From Candidatus Cloacimonadales bacterium (GTDB lineage Bacteria > Cloacimonadota > Cloacimonadia > Cloacimonadales > JAFGVF01), in NCBI GenBank assembly GCA_963677495.2, contig CAXXOU010000003.1, positions 352,001 to 416,000 on the forward strand: a stretch of DNA of 64,000 bases, read 5' to 3'. Positions within the stretch are counted from its first letter, which is position 1. The number at the start of each line of letters is the position of its first letter. Shown here piece after piece: positions 50,791-64,000 of this stretch. A program made the position numbers and the translations under genes. Below the pieces are notes generated by a model, which saw nothing but the letters and a program-made list of their open reading frames with translations, was not told where the DNA came from and ran no database searches.

Positions 50791-51097
50791 ATAAAAAGAT
50801 AGTAGATCTGATATCAAAAGTAATCAATCATAAGAACTGAATCAGATTGTTAAATCAATTCAATTGTTACAGTGAACACCTATACATTATACTCAGTGAT
50901 TCAGTAATGGTACCGTAAGTACGTTTTTTCAACTGAACCAACTGTTAAATGGTCTGCATGCAGTTAATGCTTAGTTCTGCTGCTTTCTATCGACTTGAAA
51001 CTTTGATTACTCCTATAAAGACTTCAAAGGGCTTCCCTTCAGTTAAGTATAAGGGTTTCTCACCATCCATCGGCTCAGTAAACATTCTGGGCAAACC

Positions 51098-51125
51098 AAA
51101 AAGGGAACCTAAACAGGTTCCCTTT
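51098..51125 (-). terminator. intrinsic terminator
   Basis: AAAGGGAACCT-AAAC-AGGTTCCCTTT. Confidence 0.8.
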
Positions 51126-51139
51126 GATAATTTCATCCT

Positions 51140-52012
51140 TTATTTCAATAACATCATCTTTTGGGTAATATTGCTTCTCTCTGTTTCAATCCTATAGAAA
51201 TATATTCCAGAAGAGACAGATTTATTATTCTTATCTGTGCCATCCCATCTAATTGTGTGATACCCGGAATCAAAATGGTCATTAGCTAATTGCTTAACTT
51301 TCTGTCCTCTGATATTATAAACGCTCAGTTTTACATCTGATTGTTCAGGTAGATAGTATTTAATTGTGGTCTCAGGATTAAATGGATTTGGGTAGTTATT
51401 CAATGTAACCTTTGTAGGTAGTGGAGTATTCACATAATCCTCAGCATTGAATCCTAGAAGACTATTGTATCTAGTCCAGCATTCTGAGTTCTTACGCATT
51501 ACTCTTTTAATACGCTTCATTTTATTTTCCACACTATCCTGACTTTTTGCTGAACTCTCAATTATCTCAAGTAGTTCAATATTGTTTGAATCCATTGTTG
51601 CACACAATTGATCTAGCTCAGAATCGGGATTATCGATACGGTCTTGAACAATCACTTTTGCTCCATCTTTATCACCAACAGCAATCTTACATTTCTTAAT
51701 ATAATCAGATAAAAGTGCTATGTAGTCAGCTTCTTCTGTCACAGTTAAATATGTTGGAAGATTGTCTATAAGGGATTGATAGAATATTACTAACAAATCA
51801 AAATCACCTTTTATTATACCGGTAATACTAAAAGCTTTATCCATACATAAGCCCCAATCCTTTTGCTCCTCTACCAGCTGATCTATTAGAATTGCTCTGT
51901 AAATGTTCAAAGCTGAATTGTCTTGTACATAAAATCTCCAAATGTTTGATTAGTTGAAATTTTTGAGTCCTACATAAGTACTCACCCAAATTATTACCGT
52001 GATCTTGTTTGT
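51140..52012 (-). pseudogene. 5'-truncated, decayed secreted protein gene (Reg_prop-like repeat remnant plus intact sorting tail)
   Basis: The 256-aa ORF lacks a signal peptide. Its frame continues upstream through one TAA as IWVSTYVGLKNFN*SNIWRFYVQDNSAL, and after a frameshift as QDHGN. Confidence 0.6.
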
Positions 52013-52084
52013 CCTCGCCCCACACTCCGTTGCGGTGCAAGTTCAATCATCATACCTGCACCGCAACGAAGTGTGGGGCGGGAA
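52012..52084. repeat. GC-rich REP-like hairpin
   Basis: CGCCCCACACTCCGTTGCGGTGCA...TGCACCGCAACGAAGTGTGGGGCG; partial copies at 53833-53952 and 13541-13562. Confidence 0.85.
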
Positions 52085-52109
52085 TGGTGATAGAATACCA
52101 ATACTAAAT

Positions 52110-53747
52110 CTATTTTATCAAAGACACCTTAACAGAACTTAAAATTGCACTTCCTGAAGCTAATTTACAGAGATAAATCCCGGAAGAAACTCTGTTTCCC
52201 TTACTATCTACACCATCCCAAGTAACGGTTTGCTCTCTTTGCACTTTACCTGCATTCAGCGTGTTTACAAGTTGCCCTTTCACATTATATATTTCAATCT
52301 CAAGTTTATCATAACTCTTATCAGTTACTACACTGAATTTAACGGATGGATTAAAGGGATTGGGATACGCCTTAAACTCAACTCCATTAGGTGAAGGAAT
52401 AGTATCATCTGAGTTAGATACTGTAGTATCATATAAAAGCTCATTACCGGCATAAACATAAGCATAACCAGAGGAATTAGTTGCATGTGCCGGGGCTCCG
52501 ATACCAATGTCATCAAAACCATCGTTGTTAAAATCACCTATTGCGATTGATGTCCCAAATTCTCTAAAAGCTACAAATGGAAGAGTTACCTCATGATCTC
52601 TAAGACCATTAGGTTCTGTGCTTCCAAAGAAGAAATAAACTTTACCCCTGTCCAAGTTCCATGCCGGATTTCCTAAAGCAATATCTGAATATCCGTCATT
52701 ATTAAAGTCTCCATAAGCTATTCCATTTTCGTATTCACCACATTCTGAAAGCTGAAAATCTGGGACACTGTTGTTTTGATTACCACCAAACCAAACTGCA
52801 GGATAAGTACCAATATACCTTTTTGTTCCAATGAAATCATCTATTCCGTCTCCATTTACATCTCCACATCCTAATCCTCCCGTTGCCGTTTCTACCTCTT
52901 GGTAAACTACATTTGTGATAACAGTATCAATGATTGTTGCCCCATAAATTACTGAATTCTTAACTGCCAATACTTCAGCATCGAAATAACCTATTATGAA
53001 ATCATCGAACCCATCACTGTTGATATCGCCTATTTCACGAATTGAACTACCTCCCATATCGTCTCCAACAAGATAGGGTCCTGTATCTTTCCAAAACTCA
53101 ACATAAGGTTCATTTTCATCCCCATAGAGGATATAGAAATGAGTATAAGGATTTGTATAAGGATTTGCATAAGAACCGACTAAAATGAATCCTGCATCGC
53201 AATAACCATCTCCATTTATATCTCCAAGTGGGTAGAGAGACCTAATGTCATCAACATAATCATCGCCACTACCACGCATTATAGTATAACTAAAATCAGG
53301 GATCGTATCACAATTTACTCCTCCATAGTAAATGTCGATAACCCTTTTTATTTCATAGATAGGTTCTCCACGATATAGACCAAGATCATCATAACCATCC
53401 CCATTTACATCTCCCAAGTTTTGTAATGACATACCAAGCCTATGACTGGAAGAACCAGTTATAGTTAAATCAGGAGTTGTTGAAAAACTATCTCCCCCAT
53501 AAAAGAAATATACTTTGCCTAAATATGCATTCGTTCCACCCGGTTCATATGCTAACGACCCTACTACCAAATCATCTATTCCATCACCATTATAGTCCAT
53601 TGATGTCATGGAAGAACCATATTCAGAATCAGGATGTTCACCCTGACTCTCCCAAATCAGTTCCATTGAATTCTCTGCAAAGAGTGTGGCAATCGCTATT
53701 AAAAGGATTAATAGCATTAAAAAGTTGTGTCCAATACCTATTTTCAT
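52110..53747 (-). CDS. FG-GAP (integrin-alpha-like beta-propeller) repeat protein with sorting tail, paralog 1
   Basis: GD.NGDG.DD repeats, FG.S..IGAP..G.AYVY; YPNPFNP tail. Confidence 0.9.
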   Translation of the reverse strand: MKIGIGHNFLMLLILLIAIATLFAENSMELIWESQGEHPDSEYGSSMTSMDYNGDGIDDLVVGSLAYEPGGTNAYLGKVYFFYGGDSFSTTPDLTITGSSSHRLGMSLQNLGDVNGDGYDDLGLYRGEPIYEIKRVIDIYYGGVNCDTIPDFSYTIMRGSGDDYVDDIRSLYPLGDINGDGYCDAGFILVGSYANPYTNPYTHFYILYGDENEPYVEFWKDTGPYLVGDDMGGSSIREIGDINSDGFDDFIIGYFDAEVLAVKNSVIYGATIIDTVITNVVYQEVETATGGLGCGDVNGDGIDDFIGTKRYIGTYPAVWFGGNQNNSVPDFQLSECGEYENGIAYGDFNNDGYSDIALGNPAWNLDRGKVYFFFGSTEPNGLRDHEVTLPFVAFREFGTSIAIGDFNNDGFDDIGIGAPAHATNSSGYAYVYAGNELLYDTTVSNSDDTIPSPNGVEFKAYPNPFNPSVKFSVVTDKSYDKLEIEIYNVKGQLVNTLNAGKVQREQTVTWDGVDSKGNRVSSGIYLCKLASGSAILSSVKVSLIK

Positions 53748-53832
53748 ATCTTCCTCCGCTGGAGTTCTAACTACATATCTATTAATTACGGTTGAGTATT
53801 AAAACATTATCTAATACTGGCAAGTTCTTTAT

Positions 53833-53952
53833 TCCTTGCTCCACATTCGCATCAGACCTGCACCGTAGCGTAGCATGGGGCGGGAATGATGAAATCAAAG
53901 TCTGAACTCCTCGCCCCACATTCGCAGCAATACTGCTCACTGCGGAGCAAGT
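53833..53952. repeat. cluster of degenerate REP-like half-sites
   Basis: ACCTGCACCG...TGGGGCGGGAATG and TCCTCGCCCCACA, shared with 52012-52084. Confidence 0.7.
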
Positions 53953-53961
53953 AGACTACAT

Positions 53962-55590
53962 CTATTTTATCAATGAAACCTTAACAGAACTTAGAATTGT
54001 ATTACTCGAAGTTAACTTACAGAGATAAATCCCTGAAGATACATTCTTACCCTTACTATCGACTCCATCCCAAGTAACTGTTTGCTCCTTTTGAGTTTTA
54101 CTTGCATTAAGTATATTTACAAGTTGTCCTTTCACATTATAAATCTGTATTTCAAGTTTATTATACTCTTTATCTGTCTTTACACTGAATTGCACTGATG
54201 GATTAAATGGATTTGGGTATGCTGTAAACTCAATTCCAGAAGGTGCAGGAATTGTATCATCCGAGATTGATACTGTAGTATCATACAATGATGCATCTCC
54301 AGCATATACATAGGCATGTCCAGCATAATTCGTACCTGTTCCGGGAGCCCCAACTGCTGTATCATCATATCCATCACTATTAAAATCACCAATTGCAACG
54401 GAAGTCCCAAATTCAGAATGGTTTATGATAGGGGCTTCAATCTCATAATCGCGAAGTCCATTAGGCTCATCATTCCCAAAGAAGAAATATGTCTTACCCT
54501 GATATAAACTCCACCCGGGGCTACCAATCACTAAATCTGAATAACCATCTCCATTTAAATCACCATGTGCTATCCCGTTCTCATATTGACCATAATTGGA
54601 TAAGTGAATATCAGGGACTACATTGTTCTGATTTCCACCCAACCAAACTCCCGGACATGTACCGGAATATTTTTTAGCTCCAATAAAATCATCAACACTA
54701 TCTCCATTTATATCCCCGCAAGCAACTCCACCCGGTCGAAAGTTAGTTCCTTGAAAAACAATGTTTGTTAAAATTGTATCAACCACAGTTGCACCATAGA
54801 TAATTGAGTTTTTGATTAACAGGTCTTCAGCATCAAAATAACCAATAATAAAATCATCGAATCCATCACTATTGATATCACCAATCTCTCGTATTGCACT
54901 TCCTCCTGAATTATCTCCAATACGGTATGGTCCTGTATCCTTCCAAAGCTCTACATAAGGTTCTAATTCATCACCATATAATAAATAGAAATGAGTAAAT
55001 GGATTTCCTGAAAAACTACCCCAGATGACAAATCCAGCATCAGAACAACCATCTCCATTAATATCACCTAAAGGATAAAGAGAAAAAATGTCAAATATCT
55101 CGTCATCTCCGCTTCCACGCATAATATCATAGCTAAAATCTGGGATCGTATCACAGTTTACTCCTCCATAGTAAATGTCGATAACAGCTTTTATCTCATA
55201 GACTGGGTCACGGCGATATAGCCCGAGATCGTCATAACCATCACCATTCACATCACCAAAATTATGTATTGACTTACCAAGCCAATTAGCAGTAGAGCCT
55301 GTTATAGTTAAATCAGGTGTAGTTGAAAAACTATCTCCCCCATAATAGAAATATACCTTACCTAAAAATGCACTTCCTCCTCCAGGTTCATACGCTAATG
55401 AACCTACTACCAAATCATCTATTCCATCACCATTATAGTCCATTGATGTCATGGAAGAACCATATTCAGAATCAGGATGTTCACCCTGACTCTCCCAAAT
55501 CAGTTCCATTGAATTCTCTGCAAAGAGTGTGGCAATCGCTATTAAAAGGATTAATAGCATTAAAAAGTTGTGTCCAATACCTATTTTCAT
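53962..55590 (-). CDS. FG-GAP repeat protein with sorting tail, paralog 2
   Basis: Tandem paralog of 52110-53747 with an identical first ~70 aa. Confidence 0.9.
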   Translation of the reverse strand: MKIGIGHNFLMLLILLIAIATLFAENSMELIWESQGEHPDSEYGSSMTSMDYNGDGIDDLVVGSLAYEPGGGSAFLGKVYFYYGGDSFSTTPDLTITGSTANWLGKSIHNFGDVNGDGYDDLGLYRRDPVYEIKAVIDIYYGGVNCDTIPDFSYDIMRGSGDDEIFDIFSLYPLGDINGDGCSDAGFVIWGSFSGNPFTHFYLLYGDELEPYVELWKDTGPYRIGDNSGGSAIREIGDINSDGFDDFIIGYFDAEDLLIKNSIIYGATVVDTILTNIVFQGTNFRPGGVACGDINGDSVDDFIGAKKYSGTCPGVWLGGNQNNVVPDIHLSNYGQYENGIAHGDLNGDGYSDLVIGSPGWSLYQGKTYFFFGNDEPNGLRDYEIEAPIINHSEFGTSVAIGDFNSDGYDDTAVGAPGTGTNYAGHAYVYAGDASLYDTTVSISDDTIPAPSGIEFTAYPNPFNPSVQFSVKTDKEYNKLEIQIYNVKGQLVNILNASKTQKEQTVTWDGVDSKGKNVSSGIYLCKLTSSNTILSSVKVSLIK

Positions 55591-55730
55591 ATCATCCTCC
55601 GATGGAGTTCTAACTACATATCTATTAATTTCGGTTGAATATTAAAATATAAACTATGATTGGCAAGATTTTTTCAAATACTTCACCACACTCTTCGTTT
55701 AGTATGCCCTTTGTACATTGCCATATATGC

Positions 55731-55761
55731 AAAAAGGGAACCTGATTTAGGTTCCCTTTTT
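55731..55761 (-). terminator. rRNA operon terminator
   Basis: AAAAAGGGAACCT-GATTT-AGGTTCCCTTTTT downstream of 5S. Confidence 0.85.
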
Positions 55762-55811
55762 GTATTAAAAGTGTTGTCGCTAACTTTGTTTATAAAAGTC
55801 AACAGCGGCTG

Positions 55812-55931
55812 AAGATGGCGGCGATCTACTCTCCCACATCGTTGCCAATGCAGTACCATCGACGCTGGTGAGCTTAACTGCTGTGTTCGGAATGGGTACA
55901 GGTGTATCATCACCGCAATTGCCACCATCTT
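55812..55931 (-). rRNA. rrf: 5S rRNA
   Basis: ACACCTGTACCCATTCCGAACACAGCAGTTAAG...GTGGGAGAGTAG; ends approximate. Confidence 0.95.
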
Positions 55932-55980
55932 CAGCCGCTGCTATGCGACTATATTGTCTGGGATAGAGTATATAAAGTTT

Positions 55981-58860
<2,880 letters not shown>

Positions 58861-59006
58861 AATATCCTCTATACACTCTATCCCACGTATTTCACTATTT
58901 AAGATCTATTTCTTAATAAAATTTATAAAAGTGAGTGAACAACTTACCAAACATTGAATTATTGCAATGGAATCTGATTAAAAGATTCATCGCATTATAC
59001 ACCTTT

Positions 59007-60553
<1,547 letters not shown>

Positions 60554-60657
60554 CATAATTGACTTGTTGGCTTATTATTCACTCACTATTTCTGACTTCT
60601 TAAAGATCAACCCATCTCCCTTCCGCGTTTCCGCTTCCGTTCAACAAGTGTTTGGAC

Positions 60658-60685
60658 AACCTATTGAGGGCTGTTCTAGCGTCAA
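60658..60685 (-). promoter_or_regulatory. rRNA operon promoter TTGACG-N16-TAGGTT
   Basis: 16-bp spacer with AT-rich upstream tract; boxA-like TGATCTTTAAGAA at about 60597-60609. Confidence 0.65.
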
Positions 60686-61332
60686 TAAAAAAAGCACTAC
60701 TTTCCACCACTAGGGCAAAATAATGCTCTTTAACTTATTGGTTTTCATTACAATATAATTGTGAAACTTTTTTTAGCAAACAGTTAATTTCTGCATTTCA
60801 GTTAGGCAATTTTGGTACCAATTTTCATTTTTTCGTTTTTTTTGTCATAATTACTCTAAAATCCAGCTTACAGCTATCCCCCTCTACATTATATAAGGCC
60901 ATTAAATCTGGAAATTATTCTGTGTTTTTTTGTAGTTCTCCCTAATGGCCAAAGATTAGATAGAATCATGCTCTGAAACCTGTACCTTCGGAATGGTTGA
61001 GTTTGCGAGACCTTGCGAATGGTGCAACTCGAAGAGGTAAAATCCTGCAGTTAAAAACAACACCCATTCTAGGATAAACAAAGTATGCTATCCTTTATCA
61101 TTTAGACAGTAAAGTAAATATTCAGCTCCAAGGGCTGGGTTTTGGTTTTTCTCATTCCTATGGGTTTGCACCCTAGCTATTCAGATTCAGAACACAAGAT
61201 GCTGATATAAGAATCACTAGAAGAGGATACTTTGCTTTAAAGCAGTTTGATAGAATAGTTGTTAAAGAGGATTTTCTATATTGTAACATCAAGTCAACTT
61301 CTTCTCTTTAGGAAGTCGCATCAAGAACTTCC

Positions 61333-61440
61333 TTGCACCGTTAAATAAGTTATGCACACGATGTGGATAACTTTAGGGTTTCATAGGGAGGGTCTAGGGA
61401 GGCTAAAGGGAGGGACAAGCGAGATTCCAGGTTTTTGATG
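61333..61440. repeat. 108-bp dispersed repeat, copy 2 (inverted relative to 24570-24677)
   Basis: About 94% identical to copy 1; contains TTATGCACA-CGA-TGTGGATAA. Confidence 0.9.
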
Positions 61441-61584
61441 CAGCACGTACCAGACTCGTAGGGGACGAGGAGTTATAAAAGAATCCTTTTCAGCACTAAA
61501 ATTTGCGAGAATAATCCATTTGAAACTTTATATTCACGTCTTTTCATGTTAAATTTAATAATTTCCTAGTAGTAGTCATTAAGA

Positions 61585-61611
61585 AAGGCAGTTGATTTTT
61601 CAACTGCCTTC
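61585..61611 (-). terminator. terminator after trxB
   Basis: AAGGCAGTTGA-TTTT-TCAACTGCCTT. Confidence 0.8.
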
Positions 61612-61630
61612 ATTTATCTGAAAACTTTAT

Positions 61631-62581
61631 TTAGATTAAATCACACTTTCCATCTTGGAAGTGTTCTTCATTTTCTTCAATCCATTTTTCAGCAGACCAA
61701 CCGGCAATAGCACCATCAGCGGCAGCAGTTACAACCTGACGGAGAGGTTTCTCTCTTAAATCACCTGCAACATAAACACCGGGAAGGTTTGATTGCATAA
61801 GAGGATTAGTCACAGCAAAGCCTGCTTCGTTAAGATCGATTCTAGACTCTAACAAGTTGTTGTTAGGAAAAATCCCAACATATATGAATACACCCTGAAC
61901 AGGCAAATCAAACTCTTTTTCCTCTTTACGATTATAGAGTTTAAGGTTTGCAACTATTGGGTCACCTTCAACCTCATTTACTACAGTATCCCAGATAAAC
62001 TCAATCTTTTCATTAGCAAAAGCTCTATTCTGGATAACTTTTTCAGCTCTAAGTGCATCTCTTCTGTGGATAAGATATACTTTCTCAGCAAATTTTGTTA
62101 AGTAGATAGCTTCTTCAACAGCAGAGTCACCACCACCAATAACAGCAACTGTTTTGCCTCTGTATAGTGCACCATCGCATACAGCACAATAGGAAACACC
62201 ACGACCAGTAAGTCTATCTTCTCCCGGTACATTTAATCTTCTTGGGGAAGCACCAGTAGCAATAATTAATGCCTTAGCTCTATATGTAGCTTTAGAAGTC
62301 TCAACAACCTTGCAGTAACCATCAAGTGAAACGGCAGTTATCTCTTCATACTTGAATTCAGTACCAAACTTCTCAGCTTGAGCTTTCATTTTCATTCCCA
62401 TTTCGTAGCCTGTCACGACATTCTCAAATCCGGGATAGTTTTCAATCTCATCAGTTAAGTTCATCTGACCACCTTCGATACCTTTATCGAAAACAGCAGT
62501 CTTCATCTCGCCTCTGGCAGCATAAACGGCTGCAGCTAAGCCGGCAGGTCCGGCTCCTATGATGATTACATCGTAGTTCAT
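61631..62581 (-). CDS. trxB: thioredoxin-disulfide reductase
   Basis: GAGPAG, IENYPG, GVSYCAVCDG, GGGDSAVEEA, HRRD, AGD. Confidence 0.96.
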   Translation of the reverse strand: MNYDVIIIGAGPAGLAAAVYAARGEMKTAVFDKGIEGGQMNLTDEIENYPGFENVVTGYEMGMKMKAQAEKFGTEFKYEEITAVSLDGYCKVVETSKATYRAKALIIATGASPRRLNVPGEDRLTGRGVSYCAVCDGALYRGKTVAVIGGGDSAVEEAIYLTKFAEKVYLIHRRDALRAEKVIQNRAFANEKIEFIWDTVVNEVEGDPIVANLKLYNRKEEKEFDLPVQGVFIYVGIFPNNNLLESRIDLNEAGFAVTNPLMQSNLPGVYVAGDLREKPLRQVVTAAADGAIAGWSAEKWIEENEEHFQDGKCDLI

Positions 62582-62741
62582 TGATCCTCCACTTTATATA
62601 TCAATCCTTTGCCTATATATTTGCTCTCAATTTTTACACAAGGAAAAATATAATCCAAATATGGTTGTTGACAAATCGAGCTCTATTTTCGTCGAGTAAA
62701 ACATAGAAATTCTCAGGTATGAGAAACATAGAAGGTTATAA

Positions 62742-64000
62742 ATGAATAAAGATAGAAAGCACGTTTTAAGCGATGAGCATGTAGGTAGATTACTTATAAA
62801 ATTATCAGTTCCGGCAATGACAGGTATGATAGTTATGGCACTCTTCAATGTTGTAGATGCTATTTTTATCGGGCATGGAGTTGGGACGATGGGATTAGCA
62901 GGTTTAACAATTGCCTTCCCAATTCAGATGGCGATTATGGCATTCTCATTTGTTTTTGGCATGGGTGGTGCTTCTCTTATCTCCAGAGCTCTCGGAGAAC
63001 AAAACGTTAAGAAAGCTGAACTCACTCTCTACACAATTCATATAAGTGTTCTCTTCTTTACTACGCTTATTGTTATAACCGGTCAGCTCTTCCTTGAACC
63101 CATTCTAAGTGTTTTCGGTGCAACTCCTGCCATAATGCCTTATGCAAAGGAGTATATGCGAGTTATCTTCATGGGTACACTCTTCTTCACTTTCATGCAG
63201 GTTAACAATAATGTTATAAGAGCTGAAGGTAATGCTAAATGGGCTATGATAAGTATGATTCTTGCTGCCGGATTAAACATTATCCTCGATCCTATCTTCA
63301 TCTTTGTTTTCAAGATGGGCATTAGAGGGGCTGCTATAGCAACAGTTATCTCTCAGGTAGTAACTGTAATATATCTATTCTACTACTATATTAGCGGACG
63401 CAGTATCTTCAAACTAAAGCTTAGCCATTATAAATGGAACTTCACTGTTTTCAAAGAGGTTGTTATAATCGGCATGCCGTCATTTGTACGACAGATTGGG
63501 GCATCAGTTCTTATCGCTTTGATTAATCAGACATTGAAGAGTTATAGTGGTGACCTGGCTATTGCTACATATGGAGTGATTAACCGTGCTATGTCATTTA
63601 TGATGATGCCGATGTTTGGTGTAGGTCAGGGACTTCAGCCAATTGTTGGTTATAACTATGGCAGAAAACGTTTCGATCTTGTGCGTAAGGTTATGAAAGA
63701 TGCAACTATCGGTGCAACAATTATCGCAGTCCTTGGAATGCTGACAGTATTGATTGTTCCATCATTGATAATAAAGATGTTCACATCAGATACCGAAGTA
63801 CTAGCTTTGGGAACACATGCTTTCAGGATAATTGTAACAGTATTTCTGTTCGTGGGATTTCAGGTTACATCAAGTTCATTTTTCCAGGCTCTAGGAAAAG
63901 CCAAACCATCGTTTATACTATCAATTTCCCGACAGATTGTGTTTATGATACCACTCGTTATCATACTTCCTAAAGTCATAGGTTTAGATGGTGTATGGTG
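62742..64000 (+). CDS. MATE family efflux transporter (MepA-like), runs off the window end
   Basis: Missing from the ORF track: MNKDRKHVLSDEHVGRLLIKLSVPAMTGMIVMALFNVVDAIFIG...NIILDPIFIF..GIRGAAIAT...QPIVGYNYG. Confidence 0.93.
   Translation, partial: MNKDRKHVLSDEHVGRLLIKLSVPAMTGMIVMALFNVVDAIFIGHGVGTMGLAGLTIAFPIQMAIMAFSFVFGMGGASLISRALGEQNVKKAELTLYTIHISVLFFTTLIVITGQLFLEPILSVFGATPAIMPYAKEYMRVIFMGTLFFTFMQVNNNVIRAEGNAKWAMISMILAAGLNIILDPIFIFVFKMGIRGAAIATVISQVVTVIYLFYYYISGRSIFKLKLSHYKWNFTVFKEVVIIGMPSFVRQIGASVLIALINQTLKSYSGDLAIATYGVINRAMSFMMMPMFGVGQGLQPIVGYNYGRKRFDLVRKVMKDATIGATIIAVLGMLTVLIVPSLIIKMFTSDTEVLALGTHAFRIIVTVFLFVGFQVTSSSFFQALGKAKPSFILSISRQIVFMIPLVIILPKVIGLDGVW

Noticed and set aside
58861..59006. 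tRNA in the 16S-23S spacer
   Set aside because: The roughly 150-bp spacer has no cloverleaf or TTCGA/CCA signature.
60980..61180. Degenerate small palindromes between the rRNA promoter and trxB
   Set aside because: Too decayed and single-copy in this window to define as an element.
62627..63322. Minus-strand 73-aa and 60-aa ORFs
   Set aside because: They are shadows of the plus-strand MATE transporter gene and its promoter region.

Overview
This AT-rich bacterial chromosome segment is most likely Cloacimonadota (FCB group). That assignment is inferred from eight genes ending in a 'YPNPFNP..IYNIKGQ..W.G.D..G..SSGIYFY' FlgD-Ig/T9SS-type-A-like sorting tail, strong GGAGG ribosome-binding sites and the anaerobe-type gene content; it was not confirmed by a search. 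The window holds a complete minus-strand rRNA operon (16S-23S-5S, no spacer tRNA), a Lys-Glu-Glu tRNA operon, an McrBC restriction system and a CoA-disulfide reductase/rhodanese/TusA/DsrE sulfur-relay operon. It also has an NtrY/NtrX-like two-component system, purS-purQ, rsmI, trxB and several secreted proteases and adhesins. The most unusual signals are: (1) intergenic inverted arrays with strict 11-bp phasing, where architecture is conserved but core sequence is not; (2) a 108-bp dispersed repeat carrying an inverted DnaA-box pair; (3) an APH-RIO1 double-kinase gene behind a complete leader-peptide attenuator; (4) an orphan GlmL-like ATPase module with no B12 mutase nearby; (5) a sigma54 promoter plus enhancer driving a PDZ/outer-membrane protein; and (6) modular recombination among the secreted proteins. 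All calls come from reading motifs by eye; no database searches were run.
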